62,845 bases of DNA from an uncultured Desulfobacula sp. (GTDB lineage Bacteria; Desulfobacterota; Desulfobacteria; Desulfobacterales; Desulfobacteraceae), in NCBI GenBank assembly GCA_964457495.1, contig CAYWGN010000003.1, positions 1 to 62,845 of the forward strand, in the 5' to 3' direction. This document shows, in pieces, positions 28,943 to 39,885 of the stretch (positions are counted from its first letter, which is position 1; every line of letters begins with the position of its first letter). Both the position numbers and the translations under genes were made by a program. Below the pieces are notes generated by a model that worked only from the letters and a program-made list of their open reading frames with translations, was not told where the DNA came from and searched no databases.

Positions 28943-30883
28943 TTACAGCATATGGGATGGTTCATTTTCCAGCCCAAGCCGTTTCAGGGTTTTTGTTTTT
29001 GGTTTGCCTTTTTGATCAAGACCTTTGTGCTCATAAAATTCATCAATCATAGTGGTGAATTTTTCTTTGTCGATGGTTACTCCGACAACGTCCGGTGCAC
29101 CTCTTCTGCAGGGCTCATCAAAATACCGATGATTGATCATATCGCCTTTTTCAAGGTCATCCCGTGTCAAACCTTCCCTTAAGTTAAAAAGTCTTTCTAC
29201 CATGTTGCAACGTTCTGCAATATCCCACAATTCTTCAGGTGTGAATTCAAGGCCTGTGTTGTAGTACAGCACTTTTGGCCAGTCTTCAAAGTTTGGCAAT
29301 GTCGCGCCAAGGAAGGTGGTGTGGTACTTGCAAATACCCAGACAATCTACACCCATATAACAGTTTTCCTGCCAGAAAACCTGCCAGGCTTTTCCGATGT
29401 ATTCCGTATGCTCGGAAGACAATGGCCCTTCATAGGGGATGGGGCTGGAATATATTTTTCTCAAAACATCCACAGGCAAATGATAAAGATCAATTGCCGG
29501 ACGGCTTCTTAAATGGTCAGATCCCCTGGAAGAGGTTGCAATATTCAATGCCAGTGCCGGGGTGGCCCTTTCATCGGAATGAAGGTTGCTCATTCCTTTT
29601 ACCTGGATAAGATAATTAAAAGAATCTTTACCAAAGGTTTTAGAAGCTGGAATACCACCGTTTGCAAGGGCATCGGCAACTTTACCTTTTCTAAAGCAAA
29701 TGCGCTCAATCATTTCAAGAACAGCTTCATCATTACCAAATCGAAGATCCAGTCCGTCCGTATCTTTGCTGGTAAGAATGCCCAATTCATAGAGTTCCAT
29801 TGCCCATGAAATCAAAGAACCCGTTTCAAGGTTATCCATACCATATTGATCAACAAGATGGTTCCCAACAAGAACTGTTTCAGCCCTTGGCGTATCTGTC
29901 TCACTTCCAAATGCGCCCTGGGATGTATACTCAGGCCCTTCATCGTATTTGCCCTTTAAAGGGCCGGAAGGAATTCTGTACTGTGCACGACAATGAACCT
30001 GGCAACCAAAACAAGCAGACATATGATAGGGTCCTATTGTATCTTCACAGATTTCATCAATTGCTTCGGGCTCTATATCATCTGCATATTCGCATTGGTT
30101 ATACTGAAAATTTCGGGTACGAACGCCTCCCCAGGAGTTTGTCGCCCCCCAGATAAAAGGAGTTCCCAGGGTCCCCTGGGTTTTGTTTACCTTTGCAGAT
30201 GTAATTTGATCAATGAACCGTTTATTATATTCAAGGGCTTCAATAGGATGGGCAATCTTAATATCCATGGTTCCCCTGCAGGCAATTGCCTTAAGGTTTT
30301 TGGACCCCATCACTGCACCCATGCCCGTTCTGCCTCCGGCATTTTTAATCCCCGTCATGACATTGGCAAATGCCACCAGATTTTCACCGGCAGGCCCGAT
30401 CACAAGGGATTTTACTTCCTGATCATTCAACTCGTCTCTTATGGCCCATTGTGTATCTGTGGTGGTTTCACCCCATATATTTTTTGCATCACGGATCTCA
30501 ATTTCACCATCATGTATGTAGAGATAACAAGGTTTTTCAGCCTTCCCTTTAATCACCAGGTGATGAAACCCTGCCCATGCCATTTCAGGCGCAAAAAATC
30601 CCCCCATGTTGCAGGAACCTAAAAGTCCTGTCAAAGGTGATTTGGCCATGACATGGGTTCTGGCTGTAGCAGATGCACAGGTTGCAGTAAGGATACCACC
30701 GCTTACTATCAGCGGGTTATCCGGCCCCAGAGGATCACAACCTTTTTTAGAATGATTCAGTAACAGATAAGCATCAAGCCCTCGACCACCAAGGAATTTT
30801 CTTCTGACATCAAGAGGAATGGGTTTGACCTCTATTTCTCTGGTGGTAAGGTTAATATATGCTATTTTTCTATTCAATGCCAT
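28943..30883 (-). CDS. aor: tungsten-dependent aldehyde:ferredoxin oxidoreductase family
   Basis: KSPLTG, GPAGE, GRTGMGAVMGSKNLKA, CFGCQVHC, GPEY and DCLGICK motifs. Confidence 0.92.
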   Translation of the reverse strand: MALNRKIAYINLTTREIEVKPIPLDVRRKFLGGRGLDAYLLLNHSKKGCDPLGPDNPLIVSGGILTATCASATARTHVMAKSPLTGLLGSCNMGGFFAPEMAWAGFHHLVIKGKAEKPCYLYIHDGEIEIRDAKNIWGETTTDTQWAIRDELNDQEVKSLVIGPAGENLVAFANVMTGIKNAGGRTGMGAVMGSKNLKAIACRGTMDIKIAHPIEALEYNKRFIDQITSAKVNKTQGTLGTPFIWGATNSWGGVRTRNFQYNQCEYADDIEPEAIDEICEDTIGPYHMSACFGCQVHCRAQYRIPSGPLKGKYDEGPEYTSQGAFGSETDTPRAETVLVGNHLVDQYGMDNLETGSLISWAMELYELGILTSKDTDGLDLRFGNDEAVLEMIERICFRKGKVADALANGGIPASKTFGKDSFNYLIQVKGMSNLHSDERATPALALNIATSSRGSDHLRSRPAIDLYHLPVDVLRKIYSSPIPYEGPLSSEHTEYIGKAWQVFWQENCYMGVDCLGICKYHTTFLGATLPNFEDWPKVLYYNTGLEFTPEELWDIAERCNMVERLFNLREGLTRDDLEKGDMINHRYFDEPCRRGAPDVVGVTIDKEKFTTMIDEFYEHKGLDQKGKPKTKTLKRLGLENEPSHML

Positions 30884-30884
30884 A

Positions 30885-31148
30885 TTATTTGCCCTCCATC
30901 TTCTTTTTGAATGCTGCTTCGGCAATTTTTTTATTCACTTCCCAGACAGGTCCACGGATTCTTGGAAAATCAGGACTAATCCATTCCACACGGTATTCAC
31001 TGGAACAAACCGGGCATTTTACAATTTTATCCCCGGGGTTTGGTTCCAGCCTGCCCATACAGCTTGGATTATGGCATCTAACCTTACCATAAGTCCTTGT
31101 TTTACGCAGACTTTCGGCACCTGACAACTTATTACTATCCACTGCCAT
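30885..31148 (-). CDS. small zinc-ribbon-like protein
   Basis: CHNPSC and CPVC; AAGGAGG RBS; ends 1 nt before the aor start. Confidence 0.75.
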   Translation of the reverse strand: MAVDSNKLSGAESLRKTRTYGKVRCHNPSCMGRLEPNPGDKIVKCPVCSSEYRVEWISPDFPRIRGPVWEVNKKIAEAAFKKKMEGK

Positions 31149-31197
31149 AGTGACCCTCCTTTGTTAAAGTTAAAATTTGTATTGCATTTCCATAGAA

Positions 31198-31295
31198 TTC
31201 ATAATAATGAACACGGATATAATAAATATTATTATTATATAGTTGTCAAGCTAATTTTTAGCTGTATTGTAATATAAAAAATTCATTATGGTGAA
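31198..31295. promoter_or_regulatory. Two candidate IclR operators
   Basis: TTCATAATAATGAA (31198-31211) and TTCATTATGGTGAA (31282-31295) palindromes in the divergent region. Confidence 0.6.
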
Positions 31296-31297
31296 CA

Positions 31298-32068
31298 ATG
31301 ATCAAAAAATATCAGGCCCCCATTGTTAAAAAGGCATTTTTTATACTGGATGCAATTTCAAAAAGCAGCCAGGGGTTAAGAATCAGTGAAATTTCAACCC
31401 TTTTGGATATAAGTAAAAGCACTGTTCACGGCATCACTGCCGCCCTTGAGGATCTGGGTGCCATTCTACGCCACCCTGTTTCAAAAAAATATAGCATCGG
31501 CATTACCCTCATGGAACTTGGGAAATCAGCCTATGAAAGGCTTGATTTTAAAAATATTGCCCGCCCCTTTATGGAAGAACTGATGGAACAATGCCAGGAG
31601 TCTGTATTTCTTGGCATCAGAAACGCTCATAAGGTAACGGTTATCGATATTGTGGAATCCAGAAAAGATTTTAAAATTTCATCTCCAATTGGCACAACCC
31701 TTCCATTGCTGGCAGGGGCCATTGGAAAATTATTTTTATCCCAGATGGAAGCAAAAGATGCACAAAAATATCTAAACTCAAATCCTTTGGTCAAATTCAC
31801 GACCAATACTATTATTGATCCCGGGCAATATGCCAGAGAATTGGAAAAAGTTCGAAAAAATGGCTTTGCCTTGGATGATGAAGAATATATTTCAGGCGTC
31901 CGAGCCGTTGTAGCACCTGTCAAAGGTTATGGTGCCTATGTCCTGGCTATCTGGGTGGTTGGATTTAAGGCGTCCATGTCCAGGAAAAAAATGCCGTCCG
32001 TTATTGAACAAACCCTGGCTGCTGCCGACAAAATCACAAAGAAACTGTCTGGGGTAAATGGTGAATGA
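31298..32068 (+). CDS. IclR family transcriptional regulator
   Basis: N-terminal HTH (ISKSTVHGI), AIGKLFL and GFALDDEE...GVRAV. Confidence 0.92.
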   Translation: MIKKYQAPIVKKAFFILDAISKSSQGLRISEISTLLDISKSTVHGITAALEDLGAILRHPVSKKYSIGITLMELGKSAYERLDFKNIARPFMEELMEQCQESVFLGIRNAHKVTVIDIVESRKDFKISSPIGTTLPLLAGAIGKLFLSQMEAKDAQKYLNSNPLVKFTTNTIIDPGQYARELEKVRKNGFALDDEEYISGVRAVVAPVKGYGAYVLAIWVVGFKASMSRKKMPSVIEQTLAAADKITKKLSGVNGE

Positions 32069-35000
32069 CTAATGGTTAATGGCTGGAATATCATCCATTA
32101 CATCATCCAGTGACTCGTTTTTATAGGGCATTAATACTGCCTGTGATGTCTTTCCATCCACCAGAATTTTTATGGGATTTTCAAATTTTATATGTTTTAG
32201 ATAAGTTGTTGTGTTTTCACATTCCTGGCACCTGAAAAATTCATAATCAATAAAATTGTCCCCCTTATTGGAAATGGTAATATAGCTGATCCCAAGGGAG
32301 GTAATATTTTGAAAAAAGTGGGACCCCTGGGACGGATCAGCTTTAATGCTTTCAATGGTTGTTTCCACCATCACCCCTACATTGGAAATATCATTCCAGA
32401 CCACGGGAATTCCCAGCCACCGGTCAGAAGATCCCCATCGGCCGGGCCCGATCAAAACGTATTTTTTTCCGCTTCCATTAAACAAGGCATTAATTTTGTT
32501 TATTTCTCTTGCGATTTCCCCGGTTTTTCCAGAATCAAAGGTTTCAGGGTCCACATACACCACATCATAGATATCCTTATATTCTCCATTCCCAAGCGAG
32601 AGTGTAGAATAAGCAAAGGCCTCCTTAATCTCTTTTTTTCCTATTTTAACACCCAGGTTTTGTTTATACCGCCCCATGGGCCTGATTTGAAGCAACGAGA
32701 ATTGAGGTTTTAGTTTCTCATCCTGGGGCAAATTAACTGCAAATTCCACCTCAACAGAAGACCCCATCCATTTACTGCCTATTTTTGTGACCTCTTCAAG
32801 GAGTTTGGCCAAAGGAAAAGAATTATATTTTAAAATATTAGCAAAGGTTAATACAGGGAATCCTTTATTGGAAAAAGAATCCCTGATCCTATTGTCCTGG
32901 GCATAAAAAGTTGAGGACAAAAACCTGACAACGTTGTGATCAGTGGCATCACTTAAATCAAGTTTTGCAAGGGTAAGATCTTCAGTGGAGCCGGATATGG
33001 ATTTCTCATCAATGGGGAATTCGTCGAGTTTTAAGGCATAAAAATATTTTTGGGAATTTTCAAGAATATCATTCAAAGCGGAAAACTGGGGTAAAAACTG
33101 GGGATATTTCGGACAAAATCTTAAGGTCCGGCCACCTTCCATGACAATTTTCCCAAGGCCCAGTGCAATATTGCTAACCCCGTCTTCTGCCTTTAAATGG
33201 GAGATGGGATAAAAATTATAGGACTGGGCCACACCTGAAATGGAAGGGTAAAAATAGTTGTTATATGCCATGCCCGTCAATTGCTGAAGAACCACGGCCA
33301 TTTCCTCATCTTCGGTTCGATGCATGGTGGCTTTTGCATAGGACCTTGGTGCCTTTAGATAGGTAGAGGCATAAACCAGTTTAACAGCCATAATCAATTG
33401 TTCAAGCCGTTTTTCAATGTCAGGATGTGAATTTGGCAGCATATAGGTATTATAAAGTCCTGCAAAGGGTTGATAATGGGCATCTTCAAAAAGAGAGGAA
33501 GACCGGACGGCAATGGGATATTTGACACTTTGCAAATAAGCGCTCAGGCTTTTTCTCAAGACATCGGGAAACCTGGCCTGGATAAATTGTTCAACAATCT
33601 GGTTATCTTCCAATTTCTCATCAAATTCAAGAAGCCTTGCCAGATCATTCTTCTCAATAAAGGTTTTAAACCCTTCCGTTGAAATCACAAAGGTCTGGGG
33701 AATACTGATGTCCACGTCTGGAAACTTATCCCGCAAAGAAGTGTCCCGCCTGATCTGAGAGGCCATAAAAGCCAGGCCCCTGGCTTTCCCGCCAAGTGAC
33801 CCCGTCCCGATTTTCATAAAATCCGTGTCTGAATCAAATTTTTCAGAATCAAAATCAATAATCTGGCCCTGTCTTGATCCCTTCCTCCGGGCATGAATAC
33901 TGTCAATCAAGAACTTCTTCATATCTTTGGGGTCTGGAAAATCATTGATTGTATAAGGTTTGAGCCTGAGTGCGAACTCAATTTCACTTCTGGCCATGAA
34001 CCATCTTGAAAAATCATTGTTCATGGCATGATATACAATGGACTCATCAGGAATTTCAGCCAAAAGTTTTTCAATGGACCTTAAGTCACTGGCCCTGGCA
34101 ATTTCCTTCCCATTGGGCAACCGAAACACAAAGGCACCAAACCCGAGATAGGAAACAAAAAAACTTTTAATCTGATCATTTAAATTATTTGAATTTTTAT
34201 TGATAAAGACGGCTGGAATATCAGCCGTCTTTTCCTGGTTATGGTCCTCAGTACTAAGAATCAAAACGGGCAGATCTGGAATTTCTTTTTTAATTTTTGT
34301 TAAAAGTTTGTGCCCTGCAAGCTCATCCAATATCCCGTTTTTAGGATACCGCATGTCCGAAAAAACAGATAACATAAAGGGTTTATATTTTTCAAAAAGA
34401 GTCATGGCTTCTTCATAGTTGTGGGCAACCAATACTTTAGGACGGCCCCGCATTTTTAAAAGCCTGTGTTCTTCATTAATGGATTCATCAATAACAGACT
34501 GTGTCTGCATCACTATCTGTTTGTAAAGCACGGGCAAAAAGGAGGAAAAATGATAGGGTGAATCCTCCACCAGAATGATCACCCTGACATTGGCGTTCTC
34601 AGTATCAAAGGCAACATTCATTTCATCTTCAAAATTTTTGATAATGGCCAGCAAAAGGTCTGCATTCCCGCCCCAGATGTATGTCCGGTCAATGGCTGTA
34701 GAATTATCCACACAAATATATTGATCAATATCGCAGGTATTATGAAGCAGCATAAAAAAGGGCAGATCAGTATATTTTTGCTTTACCTTTGCGCCAAAGG
34801 AATATACATCCATTTCATCCAGGCTCGGCATGGCAAGTATTAAATCAAATTTTTTCTTCTCAAGCTTTTGAAACGCTTCTGATGCAGAGGATGCCCATGT
34901 AAGCCTTGGGGGTTTTGACAGATTAAGCCCCTTGTATTCATTTATGATTCTTGTTGAAAGACGGCCTTCCTCCTCCATGATAAATGCATCATAGGGGCAG

Positions 35001-35092
35001 GATACCAAAAGAATATCACCCACTTTGTTGGCCATTAATTCATGATATAGTTTGAGAGAAGTCGCCTTGGTCGATTCAGTGGGAGTATTCAT
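32069..35092 (-). CDS. PEP/pyruvate-binding (PPDK_N) domain protein with N-terminal receiver-like domains
   Basis: GSLGGKARGL, AVRSSSLFED, FAGLY and LLQIRP; receiver-like IILVEDS; no His swivel domain seen. Confidence 0.8.
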   Translation of the reverse strand: MNTPTESTKATSLKLYHELMANKVGDILLVSCPYDAFIMEEEGRLSTRIINEYKGLNLSKPPRLTWASSASEAFQKLEKKKFDLILAMPSLDEMDVYSFGAKVKQKYTDLPFFMLLHNTCDIDQYICVDNSTAIDRTYIWGGNADLLLAIIKNFEDEMNVAFDTENANVRVIILVEDSPYHFSSFLPVLYKQIVMQTQSVIDESINEEHRLLKMRGRPKVLVAHNYEEAMTLFEKYKPFMLSVFSDMRYPKNGILDELAGHKLLTKIKKEIPDLPVLILSTEDHNQEKTADIPAVFINKNSNNLNDQIKSFFVSYLGFGAFVFRLPNGKEIARASDLRSIEKLLAEIPDESIVYHAMNNDFSRWFMARSEIEFALRLKPYTINDFPDPKDMKKFLIDSIHARRKGSRQGQIIDFDSEKFDSDTDFMKIGTGSLGGKARGLAFMASQIRRDTSLRDKFPDVDISIPQTFVISTEGFKTFIEKNDLARLLEFDEKLEDNQIVEQFIQARFPDVLRKSLSAYLQSVKYPIAVRSSSLFEDAHYQPFAGLYNTYMLPNSHPDIEKRLEQLIMAVKLVYASTYLKAPRSYAKATMHRTEDEEMAVVLQQLTGMAYNNYFYPSISGVAQSYNFYPISHLKAEDGVSNIALGLGKIVMEGGRTLRFCPKYPQFLPQFSALNDILENSQKYFYALKLDEFPIDEKSISGSTEDLTLAKLDLSDATDHNVVRFLSSTFYAQDNRIRDSFSNKGFPVLTFANILKYNSFPLAKLLEEVTKIGSKWMGSSVEVEFAVNLPQDEKLKPQFSLLQIRPMGRYKQNLGVKIGKKEIKEAFAYSTLSLGNGEYKDIYDVVYVDPETFDSGKTGEIAREINKINALFNGSGKKYVLIGPGRWGSSDRWLGIPVVWNDISNVGVMVETTIESIKADPSQGSHFFQNITSLGISYITISNKGDNFIDYEFFRCQECENTTTYLKHIKFENPIKILVDGKTSQAVLMPYKNESLDDVMDDIPAINH

Positions 35093-35192
35093 CTGTATAA
35101 CCCTTTGTAAAGATATGATATATTTTAACCCAAGATCTTTTTGATTAAAGTATATTAAAAACAGCACCAGAATGCAATGGAAGGGAAATTAG

Positions 35193-35360
35193 TTAATCTA
35201 TTCCCATCTGCTTTTCAACTTTAGCAATCTCCTTTAAAAGGCTTTCTTTTTCTTTCTGGGTTAATCCTTTGGAAGAAAGCCTTTTCTGCAATCCCAAAAG
35301 GATCATCTCCTCTCTGTATTCATTGCAGGTGTATTGTCCACCCTTATTTGACTTTTCCAT
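35193..35360 (-). CDS. small hypothetical protein (55 aa)
   Basis: Below the track cutoff: MEKSNKGGQYTCNEYREEMILLGLQKRLSSKGLTQKEKESLLKEIAKVEKQMGID; GAGA RBS; fills the gap between co-oriented genes. Confidence 0.65.
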   Translation of the reverse strand: MEKSNKGGQYTCNEYREEMILLGLQKRLSSKGLTQKEKESLLKEIAKVEKQMGID

Positions 35361-35384
35361 ATTTTAACTATTCTCAAGTGGAAT

Positions 35385-36590
35385 TTAATATAATTCGTAT
35401 TTTACAAGTTTGCCATCAAGACCGCCAATTTTCAAAGGACGTTTCCAGGATGGGGACAGGGGAACTTTTTTAATATATCTGGGTTCTCCAAAATATACAA
35501 ATGCCGTTGATTTGCGGCATTTATTTTTTAAAAAAAGACCAAAATTTTCATAAAACTTATTAAGATTTTGCTCTTTTCCCATTCGGATACCATAAGGTGG
35601 GTTGGTAACGATCACACTATTATCTATAGATTCAATATCCTGAAAGTCTTTTTGTTCTATGCTGATTTCACTGCCGAAATGAAGTCCCATAATATTGGTT
35701 TTAACAGCATTAACAGAGTGCGCAGACACATCACTTCCCGAAATCAGGCCCTTTTTAAGATCCCTGAAATTATCCTGGGACTCTTTTTTAATCTGCTCCC
35801 ATAAAATGGCATCAAAATCAGGCAATCTTTCAAATCCAAACCTGGTTCGAAATATTTGTGCCGGTATCCGGCAATACATCATGAGGGCTTCGCATAAAAG
35901 CGTTCCTGATCCGCACATGGGATCATACAAGGGCAGGTTTCCATCCCATTCAGACAATCTGATAATGGCTGCGGCAACGGTCTCCTGCATGGGAGCTGAT
36001 ACAGATTCTTCCCTGTAGCCACGTTTGTGCAACGGCCCGCCCGAAGCATCAATTGTAAGGGTGGCCAAATTTTTATGAATATGTATATTGATGGTGATAT
36101 AAGGCTCTTTTGAATCCACATTCGGTCTTTTGTTGGCCCTGTCCCTGAAATAATCAGCTATGGCATCTTTGACCCGCAGCCCTGCAAAATTGGAATGGGT
36201 AATTTCCGATTCAGATACATTTGCCATAATGGAAAAGGTTTTTTCAGGCGTTAAAAATTCTTCCCATCTTATTTTCCTGGCCGCCTTATACAGGTCATCC
36301 TTGTCATGGCATTCAAAGGAAACAAGGGGTGCCAGTATCCTTGAAATAAGTCTTGCGAAATATATAATCCTATAAAAATCTTTTTTTGTTGCCTTAAACC
36401 ATATCCCTCTGAAAACCGGTTTTAAATCGTAGGCCCCTAAGTTTCTGAGTTCTTTTATGGCAATGTCTTTTACACTTTCGGCAATCTGAGCAAAATACAA
36501 TGATTCTTTTTCATACAGGTATTGAAGCTTTGCCTGTTTCCTGGTCTTGCCTTTTCCTTTTTGAAGGATAGTTTTCTTAATTATATTCAA
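35385..36590 (-). CDS. THUMP-domain class I SAM-dependent RNA methyltransferase (RlmL/YpsC-like)
   Basis: LHKRGYR, APMQETVAA, DPMCGSGT and NPPYG motifs. Confidence 0.9.
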   Translation of the reverse strand: MNIIKKTILQKGKGKTRKQAKLQYLYEKESLYFAQIAESVKDIAIKELRNLGAYDLKPVFRGIWFKATKKDFYRIIYFARLISRILAPLVSFECHDKDDLYKAARKIRWEEFLTPEKTFSIMANVSESEITHSNFAGLRVKDAIADYFRDRANKRPNVDSKEPYITINIHIHKNLATLTIDASGGPLHKRGYREESVSAPMQETVAAAIIRLSEWDGNLPLYDPMCGSGTLLCEALMMYCRIPAQIFRTRFGFERLPDFDAILWEQIKKESQDNFRDLKKGLISGSDVSAHSVNAVKTNIMGLHFGSEISIEQKDFQDIESIDNSVIVTNPPYGIRMGKEQNLNKFYENFGLFLKNKCRKSTAFVYFGEPRYIKKVPLSPSWKRPLKIGGLDGKLVKYELY

Positions 36591-36595
36591 CTGTA

Positions 36596-37513
36596 TTAAT
36601 CCATCTTAATTGTTTTTGAACTAAATTTTTTTCTTTTTGCCCCTATTTGCAAAAGCTCGGCAATGTTAGCTTTTGCATCCAGAACAGGCTCAATCAAGGG
36701 TAAAGAACAGGTCATCAAAGTGGAAATGCCGGGTCCATGGCCGGCAAGCAGACAATCTGAATGAACCACAATGCCAATACTGATCGCACCTTTTACAAAT
36801 GCCCTGCCATAGGAATTATCATGATCAAGCAATGCCACAAAATCACCAAATTTAAGCCTGTCTAATTTATATTTCTTAACAGTGCCAGGATCACTGGTCA
36901 TTATATCATAATCTCCGGCTGCAACATGGGCTGAACCAAGGCCTGATCCCATACACTGGGCCGGCACAATGGTTGTGACAGGCACCTTAAGCCTGTTATC
37001 CGTCATCTTTTTTATTTTCATTTTTTTTAAAAGGCCGGGATCAAGATTAAACAACCTGATATCCGGGTAATCCATCAATTTCAGGCCCTGGCCTTTTGTT
37101 CGAATCATTATTTTGTCATCATAGGTTAGCAAACTGAGAATCTTTTTGGGAAAATCAATCATCACATGTTCTGAGCCGCCATGATGACCAGTAACAATGC
37201 CTTTTTCCCCCTTTGCATCTCCAGATACAATAATGGCCTCATTGCCCACACAGGACAAAAGCTGGAGTGAATTATTGGGAAATTCAAAGGGTTTTTCCGC
37301 ATTTGCCGTACAACTGACGCCGGGTTCGATATGGTCTCCGGCAAGCCCGAAAGCAGAATCTCCCACCTGAATATTTAAGGTAATACCACCAATGCTGGGA
37401 AGAATAAAGGGTTTGCCTTCATAATCCACCTTCCAGCCTGGTCTGATCCTGGGAGGTCCTGGTTTGCACTGCATGGCCAATTCAACAAGCCGGTCTTCAT
37501 TGGTTTTTAACAT
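36596..37513 (-). CDS. DUF4438 family protein
   Basis: [32 protein letters not shown] and HSDC..AGHGPG motifs. Confidence 0.8.
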   Translation of the reverse strand: MLKTNEDRLVELAMQCKPGPPRIRPGWKVDYEGKPFILPSIGGITLNIQVGDSAFGLAGDHIEPGVSCTANAEKPFEFPNNSLQLLSCVGNEAIIVSGDAKGEKGIVTGHHGGSEHVMIDFPKKILSLLTYDDKIMIRTKGQGLKLMDYPDIRLFNLDPGLLKKMKIKKMTDNRLKVPVTTIVPAQCMGSGLGSAHVAAGDYDIMTSDPGTVKKYKLDRLKFGDFVALLDHDNSYGRAFVKGAISIGIVVHSDCLLAGHGPGISTLMTCSLPLIEPVLDAKANIAELLQIGAKRKKFSSKTIKMD

Positions 37514-38684
37514 AAGTATCTCCATATTTTATATGCTTAATTGTAATGCCCAGTTTTAATAAAAACGGGATTGCAGTAAATCCGATGACTGCACTTACAA
37601 TAAACATATTCTCAAGTCCTGCCAGGTCACCAATTATTCCTGCTAAAACTACAGCAATGGATCTGACAGCAAAAGAGATCATCATAAACAGGCCATTGGC
37701 AGCCGAAGGATTGTGTTTTGCATTTTCCTGGATAATGGCCAGCATGACAGGTGTTGTTGAAAGAACAGTAAATCCGACAATAGCCAACATGATAATTTTT
37801 AAAATGCCCGTTGAAAAAACAAAAATTAAAATGGCAACGGGTGCCACCATCAATACCCAGAACAATACTCTTTGTCTTCCCAGCCAGTCACTGAAGGTTC
37901 CGGCGCTTAACACACCGGCCACGCCAAATGCCTCGTACAAGGCAAGGGCCGCTCCGCCATACCAGAGACTTCCCGTCTCTCTTTCCACAAAAACCGTGAG
38001 AAAAACCCCCATGGAGGCGTGCATAAAGGATCGTGCCGCCAGAATGCCGGACAATGGAATCAGCACATGTTTGATTTCTTGAAATGATGCTTTTAAAGAC
38101 CCGTTTCTTTTAAAAGAAGTCTTTTGTTCCTCTTTTTCAAGGGTAAAATAAAGCAGAACTGATGTTAACACTGCAAATCCTATAACCATATAAAAATGAT
38201 CTTCCCCCAGAAATGATACAGCAGCTACAGCAATCATGGGCCCTATGGTTCTGGCAGATTCTCCACCCGTCATAAAAAGACTCATACCGCGTCCTTTTTT
38301 CTCCCCGGAATACTTTGCAACAAGGACAGGTGAAGGGACATGATATAATGCAACGCTGATGCCTCCAAAAAAGACCAGAACCAGCAATGCAGAGTATGAT
38401 GATGCATTTAAGATGAAACTCATGGGTATGGCCGTGAATGTTGGGGCAAGAATAACCAGCCACCGGGCCAGGCCTTTATTATCTGCAAACAGTCCGATAA
38501 AAGGGTTGAGCAGAGCTGGAATCTGCATAACAGTGGATAAAAGCCCTGCCTGGCTTAAGGTTAAAGACAATTTTTCAATTATTATGGGCAGTAATGGCGC
38601 AAGAAAACCTGTATACATATCATGGATAAAATGAGAAAATGAAACAAGTGCAACTCTGCCAGTCTGGAATTTTTGAATTTTCAT
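37497..38684 (-). CDS. MFS transporter (Fsr-like)
   Basis: HFIHDMY, about 12 TM segments and SDWLGR. Confidence 0.88.
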   Translation of the reverse strand: MKIQKFQTGRVALVSFSHFIHDMYTGFLAPLLPIIIEKLSLTLSQAGLLSTVMQIPALLNPFIGLFADNKGLARWLVILAPTFTAIPMSFILNASSYSALLVLVFFGGISVALYHVPSPVLVAKYSGEKKGRGMSLFMTGGESARTIGPMIAVAAVSFLGEDHFYMVIGFAVLTSVLLYFTLEKEEQKTSFKRNGSLKASFQEIKHVLIPLSGILAARSFMHASMGVFLTVFVERETGSLWYGGAALALYEAFGVAGVLSAGTFSDWLGRQRVLFWVLMVAPVAILIFVFSTGILKIIMLAIVGFTVLSTTPVMLAIIQENAKHNPSAANGLFMMISFAVRSIAVVLAGIIGDLAGLENMFIVSAVIGFTAIPFLLKLGITIKHIKYGDTYVKNQ

Positions 38685-38744
38685 CCCGGCATAACTATCA
38701 AATTTATTCAAAAAAGTAAAAAGATTTATATTAAGGATGGGCAT

Positions 38745-39737
38745 ATGGATAATTTTTCTTACAAAGCATTAATTGTTGAAGAACCTGAAAAAAACAACTT
38801 TGTTCGCCGGATCAAAAATGCGAATATTAATGATCTGCCAAAAGGTGATGTTCTCATTCGGGTTTTGTATTCTTCCTTGAATTATAAGGATGCCTTATCT
38901 GCCACGGGGAATCGGGGTGTCACAAGGCAATATCCCCATACTCCAGGGATTGATGCAGCAGGTATTGTTGAAAAAAGCCTTGTTGATACCATTAAAGAAG
39001 GAGAAAAGGTAATTGTTACAAGCTATGATCTTGGCATGAACACATCAGGAGGATTTGGGCAATATATCCGGGTGCCAGGGGACTGGGTGGTCAAACTGCC
39101 GAACGGACTTGATCTGAAACAAAGCATGATATTAGGAACAGCCGGATTTACCGCAGGCATGTCAATTTTTAAATTAATCCAAACCATCAGGCCTGAACAT
39201 GGTGATATCCTTGTCACTGGTGCCACGGGCGGTGTGGGAAGCCTTGCCTCCGGAATATTGTCCCATCTTGGATATTCTGTAACAGCTGTATCTGGAAAAA
39301 CAGACACCTCTTTGCTGAATAATCTCAGCGTTAAAACAATTATTTCAAGGAAGGATTTTCTTGAAAATATAAAGCCCCCCATCTTAAAGCCCCAATGGGC
39401 AGGCGCCATTGATACGGTGGGAGGAGAAATCCTTTCAACTGCCATTAAGTCAACAAAACAGGATGGAATCGTAACCTGCTGCGGGAATGTGGCATCCCCG
39501 GATCTGCCCATAAATGTTTTCCCCTTCATATTAAGGGGAATATCCCTTCTTGGAATAGATTCACAGCATTGCCCCATGGCCCTTCGGTCAAGCATCTGGG
39601 AAAAACTGGCCACAGACTGGAAATTTGATTATCTTGACAGCATATATGATGAAATTTTTCTTGATCAATTAAATGATAAAATTCAGCTTATATTAAAAGG
39701 AAAATTAAAAGGAAGAACCCTGGTAAATTTGAATTAA
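38745..39737 (+). CDS. YhdH/AcuI family NADPH:quinone or acrylyl-CoA reductase
   Basis: SSLNYKDAL, PGIDAAG, GTAGFTA, TGATGGVG and PFILRG motifs. Confidence 0.9.
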   Translation: MDNFSYKALIVEEPEKNNFVRRIKNANINDLPKGDVLIRVLYSSLNYKDALSATGNRGVTRQYPHTPGIDAAGIVEKSLVDTIKEGEKVIVTSYDLGMNTSGGFGQYIRVPGDWVVKLPNGLDLKQSMILGTAGFTAGMSIFKLIQTIRPEHGDILVTGATGGVGSLASGILSHLGYSVTAVSGKTDTSLLNNLSVKTIISRKDFLENIKPPILKPQWAGAIDTVGGEILSTAIKSTKQDGIVTCCGNVASPDLPINVFPFILRGISLLGIDSQHCPMALRSSIWEKLATDWKFDYLDSIYDEIFLDQLNDKIQLILKGKLKGRTLVNLN

Positions 39738-39750
39738 ACACTATTTTATC

Positions 39751-39885
39751 GTAATAGTTCAGCCCGTTAAAAGAAATTATCTCATAGCCCTGTCTGATGG
39801 ATATTTGCAGGAGGTTAAGCGTTTAGCATCGAACAAAAATATCCATCGGATAGGGCGGTTTCAAGCATAAGAGCTGAATAGTTAC
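39751..39885. mobile_element. MITE (135 bp) with terminal inverted repeats and 8-bp target-site duplication
   Basis: Ends GTAATAGTTCAGC / GCTGAATAGTTAC; flanked by ATTTTATC at 39743-39750 and 39886-39893; internal hairpin GCCCTGTCTGATGGATATTT/AAATATCCATCGGATAGGGC. Confidence 0.85.

Noticed and set aside
29993-30622. Long antisense ORFs (also 39023..39613, 41639..42175, 50986..51537, 37546..38082)
   Set aside because: Fully antisense to well-supported genes, with no recognisable motifs.
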